Source of the DNA: Paraspadella gotoi
Lineage: Eukaryota > Animalia > Chaetognatha
NCBI GenBank assembly: GCA_051294375.1
Contig: CM119266.1
Coordinates: 13,810,078-13,874,077, forward strand
DNA length: 64,000 nucleotides
Direction: 5' to 3'
Shown here: positions 25,653 through 38,128 of the stretch, in pieces
How the letters are laid out: every line of letters starts with the position of its first letter
Position numbering within the stretch: position 1 is the first letter of the stretch
The notes under the pieces: generated by a model
What the model saw: the letters and a program-made list of their open reading frames with translations, nothing else
What the model was told of the DNA's origin: nothing
Database searches by the model: none
Program-made: the position numbers and the translations under genes

Positions 25653-26204
25653 GTTAACTTTTGGTGAATTAACGCCTCCACCAAGGCAATTATACCAAAG
25701 CCCTGGGATTTGTACCATTCATCATATCTGGCATAAAAGAGGAACTGGAGGGAGGAGAGGCAGAAGTAAAAAAAAAAGGGAAAGAGGATCCGAGTGAACA
25801 ATCAACATTGAACATTGAACACCCGACCGGAGCGGGGATTGAGGGAGCGAAAAGATATCATTCAGTATTAATGGGGTTAAAACTAAAAAAGGGATGGATT
25901 AGAGAGAGAAAAAAAAGAAGGGATCTGCTGAGGTGGTTGAAATATTAATGAGAAAGAATCGGAATAAGAGTTAGAGAGACCAAAAAAAAAAAAAAGGCCG
26001 ATGAAAAGAGACCATGTGAAAATAAAAGAGCTTCTGATTATCCTTTGGCAAATCGACTGACTGTTCAAATAGCAGTCAAATACAAATTTAAACAAATAAA
26101 AATAAACAAACAAACAAACAAACTAAAAGGGAAAATAAGAAAATAGGGGAATATAATAAGAAAAGTGTTTTTTGTCATTTTGTTAACCTAGCAAAAGTAA
26201 AGAA

Positions 26205-26581
26205 GAAACTAGAATGGTAATTCAAATGTGTTGCGCCGCAGTGACTCCCGTATCACGTGTATTTTTCGTGACATGACATGATATGACGTGACATAATATA
26301 ATATGACATGAAATGAGATGACGTGACTTGACATGACTACAGGCACTGCATCGGAATTACGTCTCTTTTTTTTTAGTTTTATGATTTTCTGAAGGCGGCG
26401 GGTAGACACTTAAATTTGAGGAGTTTCCCTTCTAAACAAATGAGCATCGAGCAACTATATGCAAGTTATGTGCATTTTTAATGTAAGAAGGACAGACCGA
26501 TGGACAGACCTACCGACCGACAGACCGACCGAAAAGTAACTTATTGAGTTGCTCCGCGAGTACTCGCGGCGCAACTAAAAA
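26205..26581 (+). mobile_element. DINE-1/HINE-like non-autonomous element (family 1) with (GACC/GACA)n tract and 3' hairpin
   Basis: Ends in GACAGACCGA...CCGACCGA, then the hairpin GTTGCTCCGCGAGTACTCGCGGCGCAAC, then TAAAAA. The 5' end is similar to the reverse complement of ~27440-27478. Confidence 0.55.
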
Positions 26582-27199
26582 GTGGAAGAATTGGGTAGAA
26601 GGAGACTAAACAACAACCGGAGAGAGAGAGAGAAGGGGTCGGGCGCAGACGAAACTCCAAGGAGACTTCCGTCTCGCAGCTGCGTCTTTTCCAAAAAAAA
26701 AGGCCCAAACAAAAAGCGCCCCCCCCCTGCCCCCCGCGGCGTGTTTTGAACGATGAGTCTCCATCGACGTTTGGTTCGCAACAATTGGCGCGATTCTCAG
26801 ATTCGCTTCCCTTTACGGTTTTGTCTTTTTGCTTCCCTTTTGTTTTCTTCTCGAATTTAAATCGGACGAGGAAGAAAAAAGGCAGATTCATTGAATGAAA
26901 AAAAGAAGAAAAAAATCAGTAAAAAGAAATATGGAAATAAATAAGCTAGAGCTGGCTAATTCGACAGCTGCAAGAATTTGTACGAGGAATGCAAGGGGAC
27001 AAAGAATTGCTGCATCAATCTTATCTGCCGACCATTACATTACAAGAACCTTTCGAGAAGTGGATCTGCAAACTCATCCCGAATCCTGTTAAGGATGCTG
27101 AACACGAGTTGATCTGATCTAAAACACCGAATGAAATTTTAAAATTTTAGTAGATTCAATAAAGAAAGAAGGAAAAAAACTGAAGAATTTTGCTTTTGC

Positions 27200-27478
27200 A
27201 TTTGTCGTGCCTGTAAGTCGGAGAAAACTTTTTGTTGGTCGGTCTGTCGGTCGGTGCGTCGTTCTGTCCGTCTGATGGTTTGTCACAATTTTATTTCAAT
27301 AGCTCATAACTTAAATTTAAAATGCTTCATCAGTTAAGTTTATGTTTGGTTTGGTTTGGTTTTAGTTTAATGTGCGTATGTAACATCCATATCATACTTG
27401 TGTGGTTTCATAATCATCGGGAAATGTGTCCATGAAAGAAAGTCATTTCGGCGCAGCACCTTGAACTTGTAGTTTCTC
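27200..27478 (-). mobile_element. Second, inverted and more decayed copy of the family-1 element
   Basis: Reverse complement reads AAACTACAAGTTCAAGGTGCTGCGCCGAAATGACT (cf. AAACTAG...TTCAAATGTGTTGCGCCGCAGTGACT at ~26206-26246) and contains a (GACC/GACA)n tract at ~27236-27275. Confidence 0.45.
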
Positions 27479-29579
27479 GTTTAAATGAGTTAAGAGTGAA
27501 AATGAGAAAGTGAGAGAGTGGACTGTGGAGTGCGGAGTGTAAGTTAGCAAAGATGTATATATATATAGAGAGAGAGACAAAGAGACAGAGAAAGAGAGAG
27601 GAAACTCATCTTTTCAGGTAAGCGACCGAAAGCAAAAAGAGAAAGAAGAAAAATAAAAAAGAGACTCACCTTTCACTCACCCGACGTCCACCATCCCTAC
27701 CTTCGTCCTTCCCCCCNNNNNNNNNNNNNNNNNNNNNNNNNNNNNNNNNNNNNNNNNNNNNNNNNNNNNNNNNNNNNNNNNNNNNNNNNNNNNNNNNNNN
27801 NNNNNNNNNNNNNNNNNNNNNNNNNNNNNNNNNNNNNNNNNNNNNNNNNNNNNNNNNATGCCCCTGGGAAAGAAGGAAAGGGGGAAGTAAGCCAAGGAAA
27901 AAGATAGGGAAGGTGAGGTTTGGAAAGAAAAGGGCGGGAGAATTTGAAAAAGAAAGGAAGAGGACGAAGCGGTGCCTTAAACTGAGGTGGAGCGGGCTTG
28001 TGGAAAACAAGGGCGGATGCTCGGATGGTGATTTTTANNNNNNNNNNNNNNNNNNNNNNNNNCCCGCCTCCCGGTATAGCTCGGAGAAACTCAGCTCGTC
28101 CCATTGGCTTTGGAGTGAGTGAGTTCCGGGTTCAATCCCTCACGGCCACGGAAACACTGGTTAAAGTGTGATGATGTCGGCAGAAAAGACAGCCCAGTGA
28201 CATGGGGTGGTCACTTGCAGGTCCAAACCTTGGAGCGCCAGCGTCGGAGATGCCGCACACCCGGGCAATCACACAAATGTCTCCCGTCTGCCATAATAGA
28301 ATACGAAAAATTTATTATTTAGTTTGTGGCTCAAAGGCTCAAAGGCGGAAGCGGCGTTAGCCGTATTTGTTTAAAGCTATTATTGTTGATAGTTTTTAGG
28401 TCCTGCCTTTCTTTTCTCAGTTTGCCTACTTTTACCTTTTGTGCATTAAATAGTACTGAATTATACCACGATTCCACAGCAGCCAAGCAAAAGCGGTGGC
28501 CAAATCTCTGTCCACCTCTTTATCGGTGCTGGCAAGACCCCCGATCGAGAGAGTTAACGCAGGACGGACAAACGCAAGAAAACCAGTCGGCATGATTCAA
28601 AAATTGATATCGGTGCCAGCGTTGGCCGTTAGTGCCCGATTGGAGATCGGAAAAATGACCAACCTCAGAGCGGTCAACAGAGAGAGGAAGACGCAATTGG
28701 CTCGCGGATCAGAGTTAGAAGAAATGAGAGTCGGGGTAGCGTCATCGTCTCCACGCAGTCGTCGTCGCTTTTTGACAAGCGAATGGGGAGGTATTAGAAA
28801 ATTTAAAGGGCGTTTTTAAAAACAGCGATTGGAAGTAAAAATTCTGTCTAAAATTATTGAAAAAAAAATCTAATAATCACGTTTTAATTAGAAAGAATAT
28901 TTTCATTCTTTACGGATACGTTACGTAATTTAAATTTTGAAGTGTTTCGAGGCCATTTTGTAAACAGAGTTATGCCAAATAGGTTCGTTACCTTATATTT
29001 CATGAATTCGTCTTTGTAAACGGTTATAACTTCAAGCTTATCGGAGATCGACATAAAAAACCGGTTCTGTATCAGAGGGTCAAGTTATTTCGGATACAGT
29101 GTTCTTCTTCTCTGACTTGCCAAAGTTTTGGTATCCCGCGCTTGTTTTTTAGCCAGATTATGCTTACAGCAGATCTCGGCTCTATAATTCACATTGTCGA
29201 TTCGTTCGGCCCACCTCAACAAGCTTGTCGGTATGACACTTAGATCACGTCACAACATCCGACTTGTATGATAAATTTGCAAAAAAAAGTCTGTCTTCTT
29301 TCTGTCTGTCCGTGCGTCCGTCCGGTCCGTCCGCCCCCCTTAGCTCTGAACGCCAATACTAATGTATAACGGCGATTGACTTGGATTAAATAATATGCTG
29401 TGAGCTGGAAATTATGTTTCGATGGAATCGTCGAGTGGAAATATTTAAATGAAAAAAACAAAAAAATTGTTTCACTAATTGATTTATGTGTTTTTTTCTT
29501 TTTTATATTAAATGTAAATGCAAGAATTATTAATAAATCCAGAAAATGAATCAGTTAATTAATAATTAGTTAATTAGTC

Positions 29580-29638
<59 letters not shown>

Positions 29639-29962
29639 TCTCTCTCTCTCTCGTCATTACCTCATTAAGATATAAAAAAAATTTTGTCTGGCTCAGTTAA
29701 GCAATAGTTAGTTAGACAAGCAAAACGACTGTCTTTAGTGAAGTAGCTTTGAAGGCCCGAAAATGGTGACTAAAGCCGCCATCCATATGTTTAATTAAAA
29801 TTCTAATTCTCTCTCTTTGAATATTATTGAATATAATTCTTGATACGAACATAAATTCTCAATAATCTGTGACCTACTTGTTTCTTTTTTTTTCCTATTT
29901 CACTCTACTACTTCACTATTATCTTGTTTTTTGGACTCTTCTTTCTCACGTAGTATTGTCAG

Positions 29963-30045
<83 letters not shown>

Positions 30046-31004
30046 GCTCCTCTTCTCTCTCTCCTCTCGGCCTTCATTTCACGAAGGGTGACCTTTAAAA
30101 AGCTTCAATATCGCTCCCTCGACGATTCCCTCGACTGACACAGCCACGCCCATTTGTTCTGCTCGCTCCCTTTCGCTTTTTTTCTCACAGCAAACGCCTT
30201 TTCACAAGCCCCACCTCTTTCCTAACTCAACTTTCCCAATTACGTTCACAGGCGGCCCGCAATCGTGAAGTAAATGAAGTGTTGAGCCTTTTTTTTTCAA
30301 AAATGAGAAACAACTTTGAAAGAAAAATAATCGAAAGTAATACATTTTTAATTTAATTTTTATAATAACGAATTCGGTCACGCCTCAGCAGCCAAACTAA
30401 CTTCGCCTAGAGAAACGTTTCTAACGAGCCACTCGTGGCCGCGCCCACCGGAAGCCGTGGGATTGGAAAGGAAAGGGCGGGAGAATTTAAAAAAGGAAAG
30501 GAAGAGGACGAAGCGGTGCCTAAAACTGAGGTGGAGCGGGATTGTGGAAAACAAGGGCGGATGCTCGGATGGTGATTTTTAATCCCACGGCTTCCGGTGG
30601 GCGCGGCCACGAGTGGCTCGTTTCGAAACGTTTCTCTAGGCGAAGTTAGTTTGGCTGCTGAGGCGTGACCGAATTTCGTTATTATAAAAATTAAATTAAA
30701 AATGTATTACTTTCGATTATTTTCTCTTTCAAAGTTGTTTCTCATTTTTGAAAAAAAAGGCTCAACACTTCATTTACTTCACGATTGGCGCCGCCTGTGA
30801 ACGTAATTGGGAAAGTTGAGTTAGGAAAGAGGTGGGGCTTGTGAAAAGGCGTTTGCTGTGAGAAAAAAGCGAAAGGGAGCGAGCAGAACAAATGGGCGTG
30901 GCTGTGTCAGTCGAGGGAATCGTCGAGGGAGCGATATTGAGCTTTTTAAAGGTCACCCTTCGTGAAATGAGGCCGAGAGGAGAGAGAGAAGAAGAAGAGA
31001 GAGA

Positions 31005-31064
<60 letters not shown>

Positions 31065-31397
31065 AGAGAGAGAGAGAGAGAGAGACTGACAATACTACGT
31101 GAGAAAGAAGAGTCCAAACAAACAAGATAATAGTGAAGTAGTAGAGTGAAATAGGAAAAAAAAAAGAAAACAAGTAGGTCACAGATTATTGAGAATTTTA
31201 TTTCGTATCAAGAATTATATTCAATAATATTCAAAGAGAGAGAATTAGAATTTTAATTAAACATATGGATGGCGGCTTTAGTCACCATTTTCGGGCCTTC
31301 AAAAGCTACTTCACTAAAGACAGTCTTTTGCTTGTCTAACATAACTATTGCTTAACTGAGCCAGACAAAATTTTTTTTATATCTTAATGAGGTAATG

Positions 31398-31437
<40 letters not shown>

Positions 31438-31549
31438 ACTAATTAACTAATTGATTAATTAACTGATTCATTTCTGGATTAATTAATACATCTTGCATTT
31501 ACATTTAATATAAAAAGAAAAAAACACATAATCAATTAGTGAAACAATT

Positions 31550-31878
31550 TTTTTGTTTTTCCATTTAAACTCATTTCCACTCGGACGATTCCATCGAAAC
31601 ATAATTTCCAGCTCAATCACACTATTTTCTACCAAAATTCCAAGTCAATCGCCCGTTATACTCATTAGTAATTGGCGTTCAGAGCTAAGGGGGGCGGACG
31701 GACGGACGGACGCACGGACAGACAGAAAGACAGACAGACTTTTTTTTGCATAATTTATCATAAGTCGATGTTGTGACGTGATCTAAGTGTCATACCGACA
31801 AGCTTTTGAGGTGGGACCGACGAATCGACAATGTGAATTATAGAGCCGAGATCTGCTGTAAGCAAATCTGGCTAAAAA
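31550..31878 (+). mobile_element. DINE-1/HINE-like element (family 2); mirrored at ~29145-29460 by the palindrome
   Basis: Core AACTCATTTCCACTCG...ATCGAAAC, (GGAC/AGAC)n tract, and 3' hairpin AGCCGAGATCTGCT-GTA-AGCAAATCTGGCT followed by AAAAA. Homologous to 37570-38128. Confidence 0.65.
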
Positions 31879-32269
31879 CAGCGCGGGATACCAAACTTTG
31901 AAGTCAGAGAAAGAAGAACACTGTATCCGAAATAACTTGACCCTCTGATACAGAACCGGTTTTTTATGTCGATCTCTCGATAAGCTTGAAGTTATAACCG
32001 TTTACAAAGACGATTACATGAAAAATATAAGGTAATCGAACCTATTTGGCATAACTCTGTTTACAAAATGGGCCTCGAACACTTCAAAATTTAAAATTAC
32101 GTAACGTATCCGTAAAGAATGAAAATATTCTTTTCTATTAAAACGTGATTATTAGATTTTTGTTTCAATAATTTTAGACAGAATTTTAACTGTTTCCAAT
32201 CGCTGTTTTTAAAACGCCTTTAAATTTTTAAAATCCCCATCGCTTGTCAAAAAAGCGACGACGACTGCG

Positions 32270-33689
32270 ATGGAGACGATGACGCTACCCTCGACTCTCA
32301 TTTCCTTCTACTCTGATCCGCGAGCCAATTGCGTCTTCCTCTCTCTGTTGACCGCTCTGAGTTGGTCATTTTCCGATCTCCAATCGGGCATCACGGCCAA
32401 CGCTGGCACCGATATCAATTTAATCACTTTGCCGTCAGCGCTGGTTTTCTTGCGTTGTCCGTCTGCGTTACTCTCTCGGATCCGGGGGTCGCGCCAGCAC
32501 CGATAAAGAGGTGGACAGAGGCATTGGCCACCGCTTTGCTTGGCTGCTGTGGAATCGTGGGATAATTCAGTTTACTTTATGCACAAAAGGTAAAAGTAGC
32601 AACTGAGAAAGAAAGGCAGGACCTAAAAACTATCGCACAAGTAATAGCTTTAAAACAAATACGGCTAACGCGGCTTCCGCCTTTGAGCCTTTGAGCCACA
32701 AACTAAAAATAAATTTTTTCATTCTATATGGCAACGGGGAGACATGTGTGATGCCCGGGTGTGAGGCATCTCCCGACAGCTGGCGCTCAGGGTTTGGACC
32801 TGCAGTGACCACCCCATGTCACTGGCGTCTTTCTGCGAGCCGACACCATCACACTTTAACCAGCGTGGCCGTGAGGGATTGAACCCGAACTCACTCACTC
32901 CAAGCCAATGGGACGAGCTGAGTTTCTCCGAGCTATACGGGAGGCGAATTTAGGATTCGCCACAACTTCTAAAATAGGATGTCTAATACTATGAATTTAA
33001 ATTTTTTCAAATATTTTTTTGGGTTTCAGATGATCCCAGTTGGCGACGTGGCTCTCCTCAGCAACATGAGTCTCATCTACACCCCATTCTCGACTCCCTA
33101 CGGCGCCGGCACCTTCCCACGTCGGCCGCAGTTCATCGGCATCTTTCTCTCCGCCGCCGGCGTCCTACTCGTGACTCAGCCTTCCTTCATCTTTGCACTT
33201 ATCTTAACGACGCGAAATACTCGCGTCAGGCTGTGGATATATCCTGGGATTTGCACTGGCGCGTCTCTCACCGCGGACGCCATGCTGGTCAGCGTATTTA
33301 AGGGGATTCCTCTGTCAAATTGGTGCTCTCCGTCAGCGCCGCGCTCTTTATCAGCGGTTGCATCGGCGCCGCAATCGAAGAGGCGTGGCATTCGCCTCCA
33401 CCCCCTCGTCGCGGTGGCGCTTACTACGCATGGTGACGCTATCGTCCGTGGACAATTCGCTAACGTGCTCTCCCACCAAATCGCCACACGCCGACTCTGA
33501 TGGCGCTGGTGACGGTTTTGCAGGTGCCCTGACCTACCGCCTGGGGTTGATCTGGTTGGATCAGGAGATGAATTGGGCGAAAATATTTGGGGGTCATTCT
33601 TGTGTTTGTTGGCGTGACGATCGTCATTTGTGACGCGAGATGGAAAGAGGATGGAGAGGAAGAATCGATTTCGTCTCACGAAACAGTGA
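32270..33689 (+). CDS. EamA/DMT (SLC35G-like) multi-pass transporter, copy 1; exons ~32270-32589 and 33030-~33689; frameshifted (read errors or pseudogene)
   Basis: Peptides RANCVFLSLLTALSWSFSD, MIPVGDVALLSNMSLIYTPF, QFIGIFLSAAGVLLVTQPSFIF and EMNWAKIFG...VGVTIV match EamA-type helices. GT-AG intron 32590-33029. The frame is broken by indels. Confidence 0.7.
32700..32946 (-). mobile_element. Putative tRNA-derived SINE in the EamA copy-1 intron (mirrored on + at ~28065-28320)
   Basis: In the + mirror copy, an A-box-like TAGCTCGG (~28077) and a B-box GGTTCAATCCC (~28129-28139) lie ~50 nt apart, followed by a GC-rich body. No full cloverleaf is evident. Confidence 0.4.
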
Positions 33690-34068
33690 AGTTTTTGTTT
33701 TAATTAGTATTTATTTTACGTTGCTATTGTAAATTTTATTATTTAACTAGTAGAAATAAGTTTGAATTTATTTGCAACAACGATTTTATTAGTACATAAG
33801 TACATATATATATTATTTAACTTAATTTTATTATTTAACTTTTTAACTTTTTAACTTAATTTTATTATTTAACTTTTTAACTTTTTAACTTTTTAATTTT
33901 ATTATTTAACTTTTCTATTCTTTTTGTACGGTGGACAACGACAAGGTTTGCTGATGGAACTTTTTTTTAAAGAAAAGAATGATTCAACTCATGAATATTT
34001 TTTTATGGGCAATATTGACAATATTGACAAGCCAAGTATAAGAGAGAGAGAGAAAGAGAGAGAGAGAA

Positions 34069-34108
<40 letters not shown>

Positions 34109-35092
34109 TAAATCATATCATGATTCATAACAAACTGCCATGAGCCGTGAGCCCGTGAGCTAAATCCAATGATTGGAAAGAAACCACTGCCGTATTGAGA
34201 TAGACTTAATCAGATTGTATTAATTTCTACGTAAATAAATTCTTAACGCTTTTTTATGAATAAATTTTGTGATAATTAATTATCATTGACAATTTTAAAT
34301 CAATTTTCTAACAAAGGTGCTAAAGTCGCCAAATTATCGGCGAATCATATTAGTTAAAAACCGAATGTGATAAATAATTTTTCATTAGATTTTTAAGACC
34401 TTTATACCCATATATTTGGACTTTTCGCCCACTGCGAGGCTGCCTGGCAGGGTGACGCTCGAGCTTTAATTCAAACAAATTTAGCAGACTGACTTAAGCA
34501 TGTCCAAGAAGCATGTCCAAGAATGCTTGTCTGGGATTATTGGCATGGTGGAGATGCCAGATGGGTATCCACCGCCGTTTTGCACTTCATCCTTATTGTT
34601 GTTGTTGTTGTTTTCTTTGTTAACATAGTTGTATTTGTCTATAATCATAATATTATTTTTAAAAAATAGATTGTTTTTCGTAATTTAAACAAAGTTTTCT
34701 TTAAAAGTCCATTTTTGTGAAAGGTAATCAAATACTAATTTTCATAATCATTAACTTATTTTTTTTTGTCCCTCTTGCTTCTTTCTTTTAAAATGACCTT
34801 CGAAAAAAATTCTTAGTAGGTCCTCTTGACTTTTTTGCAGATAAATGATAAGATTAAATTAAGAAATGAAAAGATAAAAAAAAATTTTTAAATAAAAAAA
34901 CAAAAACAAAAAAAACCGATAGAGATTAATTTTAAAAAATGTAGTTAAACTCAAATCAGTTTGAAGCAGTCGAATTTCAAAAGTAATTTTTTCTGCTCTC
35001 ATACAAGTCAAATCTCGATACCGGCTTAACAAAAGGCCGTTTTAAAACTTTTTGATGCCAACAACTTACAACAAATCCACCCGAGGTCAACC

Positions 35093-37347
35093 ATGATATC
35101 CACCCTCACAGTCTTCTACTCGAGCTCTCGAGCCAACTGCGTCTTCCTTTCTCTGTTGGCAGCTTTNNNNNNNNNNNNNNNNNNNNNNNNNAAAAGAGAG
35201 AGATTGCGCGAATTGAGAATTGATCAAGTTGTTTTTGAAAACAAAACTTATGAGTTTATAAAAATACTTTTTTTTTATTTGTTAAAATAACATCAGATAA
35301 TGAAATAACCAAATACCACCTTCTTTCATATCTCATTAATTATTCATTACCGGACGAAAAAACCAGTGAACACAAAACAACACAGAATTAAATAAAAATA
35401 CTAATCACTACTCAGTCCATTTGAACGATTAGAATTTTACGTCAACTGTCATTGCGTCCGTGATATTTTCTATGTTGCTTTGCTTAGCTAGTGTGTATGA
35501 TGATTGTACTGAATCAACCTCGTTTTTCGGAAACGCATTTTCTTTTGCGCTAAACATAAACGTAATTGTCCCACGATTCCGCAGAGCCAAGAGCGACGAT
35601 GCCAATCCTTCTGTCCATCGCCGAATCGGGGACGGAGATTCTTCTGGTTCGGTGACGGCGACGCCAAATGGACATTGCCAAGTAACCGACGGCAGAAGTG
35701 AGGTTAATCAGTTGGATGTCGATTCCGGCTTCGGCCATGATGCCAGATTGCAGATCGCAAAAGGACCATTAGGAATCTCCGTCCCCGATTCGGCGATGGA
35801 CAGAAGGATTGGGCATCGTCGCTCTTGGTCTCTGCGGAATCGTGGACAATTACGTTTATGTTTACGCGCAAAAGGTAATATATGCGATTTTATTCGAATA
35901 CAACGAGGTTGATTCAGTACAATCATCATCAACAAACAAACAAACATAGACTAAGTCTAAGCAAACAAAAAACATTAGAAAATATCAACGGACGCAATGA
36001 CAGTTGACGTACAACAGTACTAATCGTTCAAATGGACTGAGTAGTGATTAGTATTTTTATTTAATTCTGTGTTGTTTTGTGTTCACTGTTGAGTTTTTCG
36101 TCCGGCTAATGAATAATTAATGAGATATGAAAGAAGGTGGGTATTTGGTTATTTCATTATCTGATTTATTTTAAAACAAATTAAAAAAAAGTATTTTTTT
36201 AAACTCGCATCTAAAGTTTTGTGTTTTCAAAAACTAACTTTGATCAATTCTCAATTCGCCCATTCAGTTGATCCAGTGGGCGAACCGTCGCTCTCCTCAG
36301 GGCGACCTCACCTCGTCTACACTCCTTTCTTTTGACTCCTTGTGGCGCCGAGCGCTTCACCTCAAACGATCAGAACCGCAATTCGTCCCGGCAATGGTTT
36401 TTCAATCGTTGGCATCGTCCTTGTGACTCCAACCGGCGTTTCATCTTTGGAATTCGACTTAAACGAAGACGAAATCCCCCCGAGATGCGACGGGTTATCT
36501 ACGGTCTCTAAACTCCACGCGGTGCTAGCGGGAATCATCCTTTCGGATGGCAAAGAGAACGGGAGGCTCAAGCGATCAAGGAGAAAGGAAAAGCCCGAAA
36601 GGCGAATCCCGAATCTGTTTTTCTGAGTACGGAGTGGGTCAGGCCCAGCCGACCGGTCACCTCCCCCTCTTCCCACACCTTCCAATCCCCTCCTCGCCTC
36701 CTCCCCTCTTCCCTCTCTTCCTCTATCTTTCCCCCCCTAATTAAACAACAATTTCTGGCTGCAGCCTCTCAAGCAAGTCTCAAGTCTTCCATCTTAGACA
36801 GCTTTGAGAGTGAGGTAGTCCCCTCGTTGGGACGAATGCTTTCAGTCAAAGTCGAAGAGTCAAGGTTATCTCCTTGGATGATGACTGGTGCTTCCTCACA
36901 ATCGACGTCATGTTAATCAACGTCTTCAAGGACATCCTCTTTCCAACTGGATGCTCTCCATGCGCCTGGCGCTTTTCATCTGCGGCGCCATCGGAGCCGC
37001 CTGTTAATGGAGAGTTGGGCGTGGCTCCGAGCTCACTCCTCGCGGTGTCGTTGACGGTGATGGGGTGCTCAGCGGCGTGGGAAAATTCGCCAACGCGCTC
37101 TCGACCAAGTCGCACACGCCGACCTGACGGCGCTGCTGACGGTTTTGCAGGTGCCGCTGAACTTACGCCTGGGGTTGGAATCTGGTTGGATCAAGAAATG
37201 AATTGGGTCAAGATCATCGGCGTCAATCTCGTCTTTGCGTCGGTGACGATCGTCATCTGCGATGTGAAGCGAAAAGAAAGACGCTCACGGATTGAAGATG
37301 ATTCAGTCCGAAGAAACTTTTTTGAAAATGAAAGGAAATTTAGTTGA
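35093..37347 (+). CDS. EamA/DMT (SLC35G-like) transporter, copy 2 (tandem paralog); exon 1 scrambled by a gap and palindrome, exon 2 from 36268, frameshifted
   Basis: MISTLTVFYSSSRANCVFLSLLAA matches copy 1. The missing middle of exon 1 (WSFCDLQSGIMAEAGIDIQLINL) sits reversed at 35642-35772. Donor at 35875, acceptor at 36267. The C-terminus WLDQEMNWVKIIGVNLVFASVTIV matches copy 1. Confidence 0.65.
35208..36259. repeat. ~1.05-kb palindrome: arms 35208-35641 and 35773-36259 around a 131-bp spacer (probable fold-back artefact)
   Basis: Arms are reverse complements with indel noise; the structure begins just after a 25-N gap. Confidence 0.9.
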
Positions 37348-37569
37348 TGGTTATGGAAATTTAAAACGAATATTTATAAATATCACAGTTTTTCTTCATT
37401 TACTAACTCATAACAATTATTACTGTCTCTTCATTAGTGAACTCGACTTCCGAATACAACTTGCATCATTTTTTCACTTTAATTAATTAATCAATTAATT
37501 AATTAATTAAAACATTTATTAGTAGGCATAAATAATAAAAATCCAAGTCAACTTGACTTTGGTTTTTTC

Positions 37570-38128
37570 CATGCAAACTCATTTCCACTCCTCGATTCCA
37601 TCGAAACTTTATATCCTGCTCAATAACACACTTTCCTGCCCACACACAAAATTTCATCTCAATCTATCCATCCAATTATTATTAATTAGTGTAATTATGG
37701 GTTAAAATTGGTAAAAAGATTTTAGTAAATGTGACTTGTGTTTTTTTCAATTCAACTCATTTCCACTCGTACAATTTCACCGAAACTATATATCCAGCTC
37801 AATCACAGACTTTCCTAACCACACACAAAATTTTATTCCAATCCATCCGTCCAATCACGGTTAATTAGAGTTTTTTTCTAAGGGGGACGAACGGACGAAC
37901 GGACGAACGGACGAACGGACGAACGGACGAACGGACGAACGGACGAACGGACGAACGTACGAACGGACGAACGGGCCGGACGGACATCATTTTTCTTGCA
38001 TGATTTATCATAATTGGATATTCTGACATAATTTAAGTAAATGACCGATGAGATTGAGGGGTTGGACCGACTGACCGACCAAGTGGATTATAGAGTCGGG
38101 ATCTGCTAATAAGCAGATACGACTAAAA
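37570..38128 (+). mobile_element. DINE-1/HINE-like element (family 2) with duplicated core and (GACGAACG)n tract
   Basis: Two ~105-bp core copies (AACTCATTTCCACTC...CACACACAAAATTT) at ~37577 and ~37755. 8-bp microsatellite at 37885-37985. Terminal hairpin AGTCGGGATCTGCT-AATA-AGCAGATACGACT (38094-38124) followed by AAAA. Confidence 0.7.

Larger units (their letters stand above)
28065..32946. repeat. ~4.9-kb palindrome: arms 28065-30464 and 30581-32946 around a 116-bp spacer (probable fold-back artefact)
   Basis: Wherever compared, the arms are reverse complements differing mostly by small indels. The spacer duplicates 27922-28037, which lies just before a 25-N gap. Confidence 0.93.

Noticed and set aside
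28430-28760. A third EamA exon 1 on the minus strand
   Set aside because: It is the mirror image of 32270-32589 inside the palindrome, not an independent gene.
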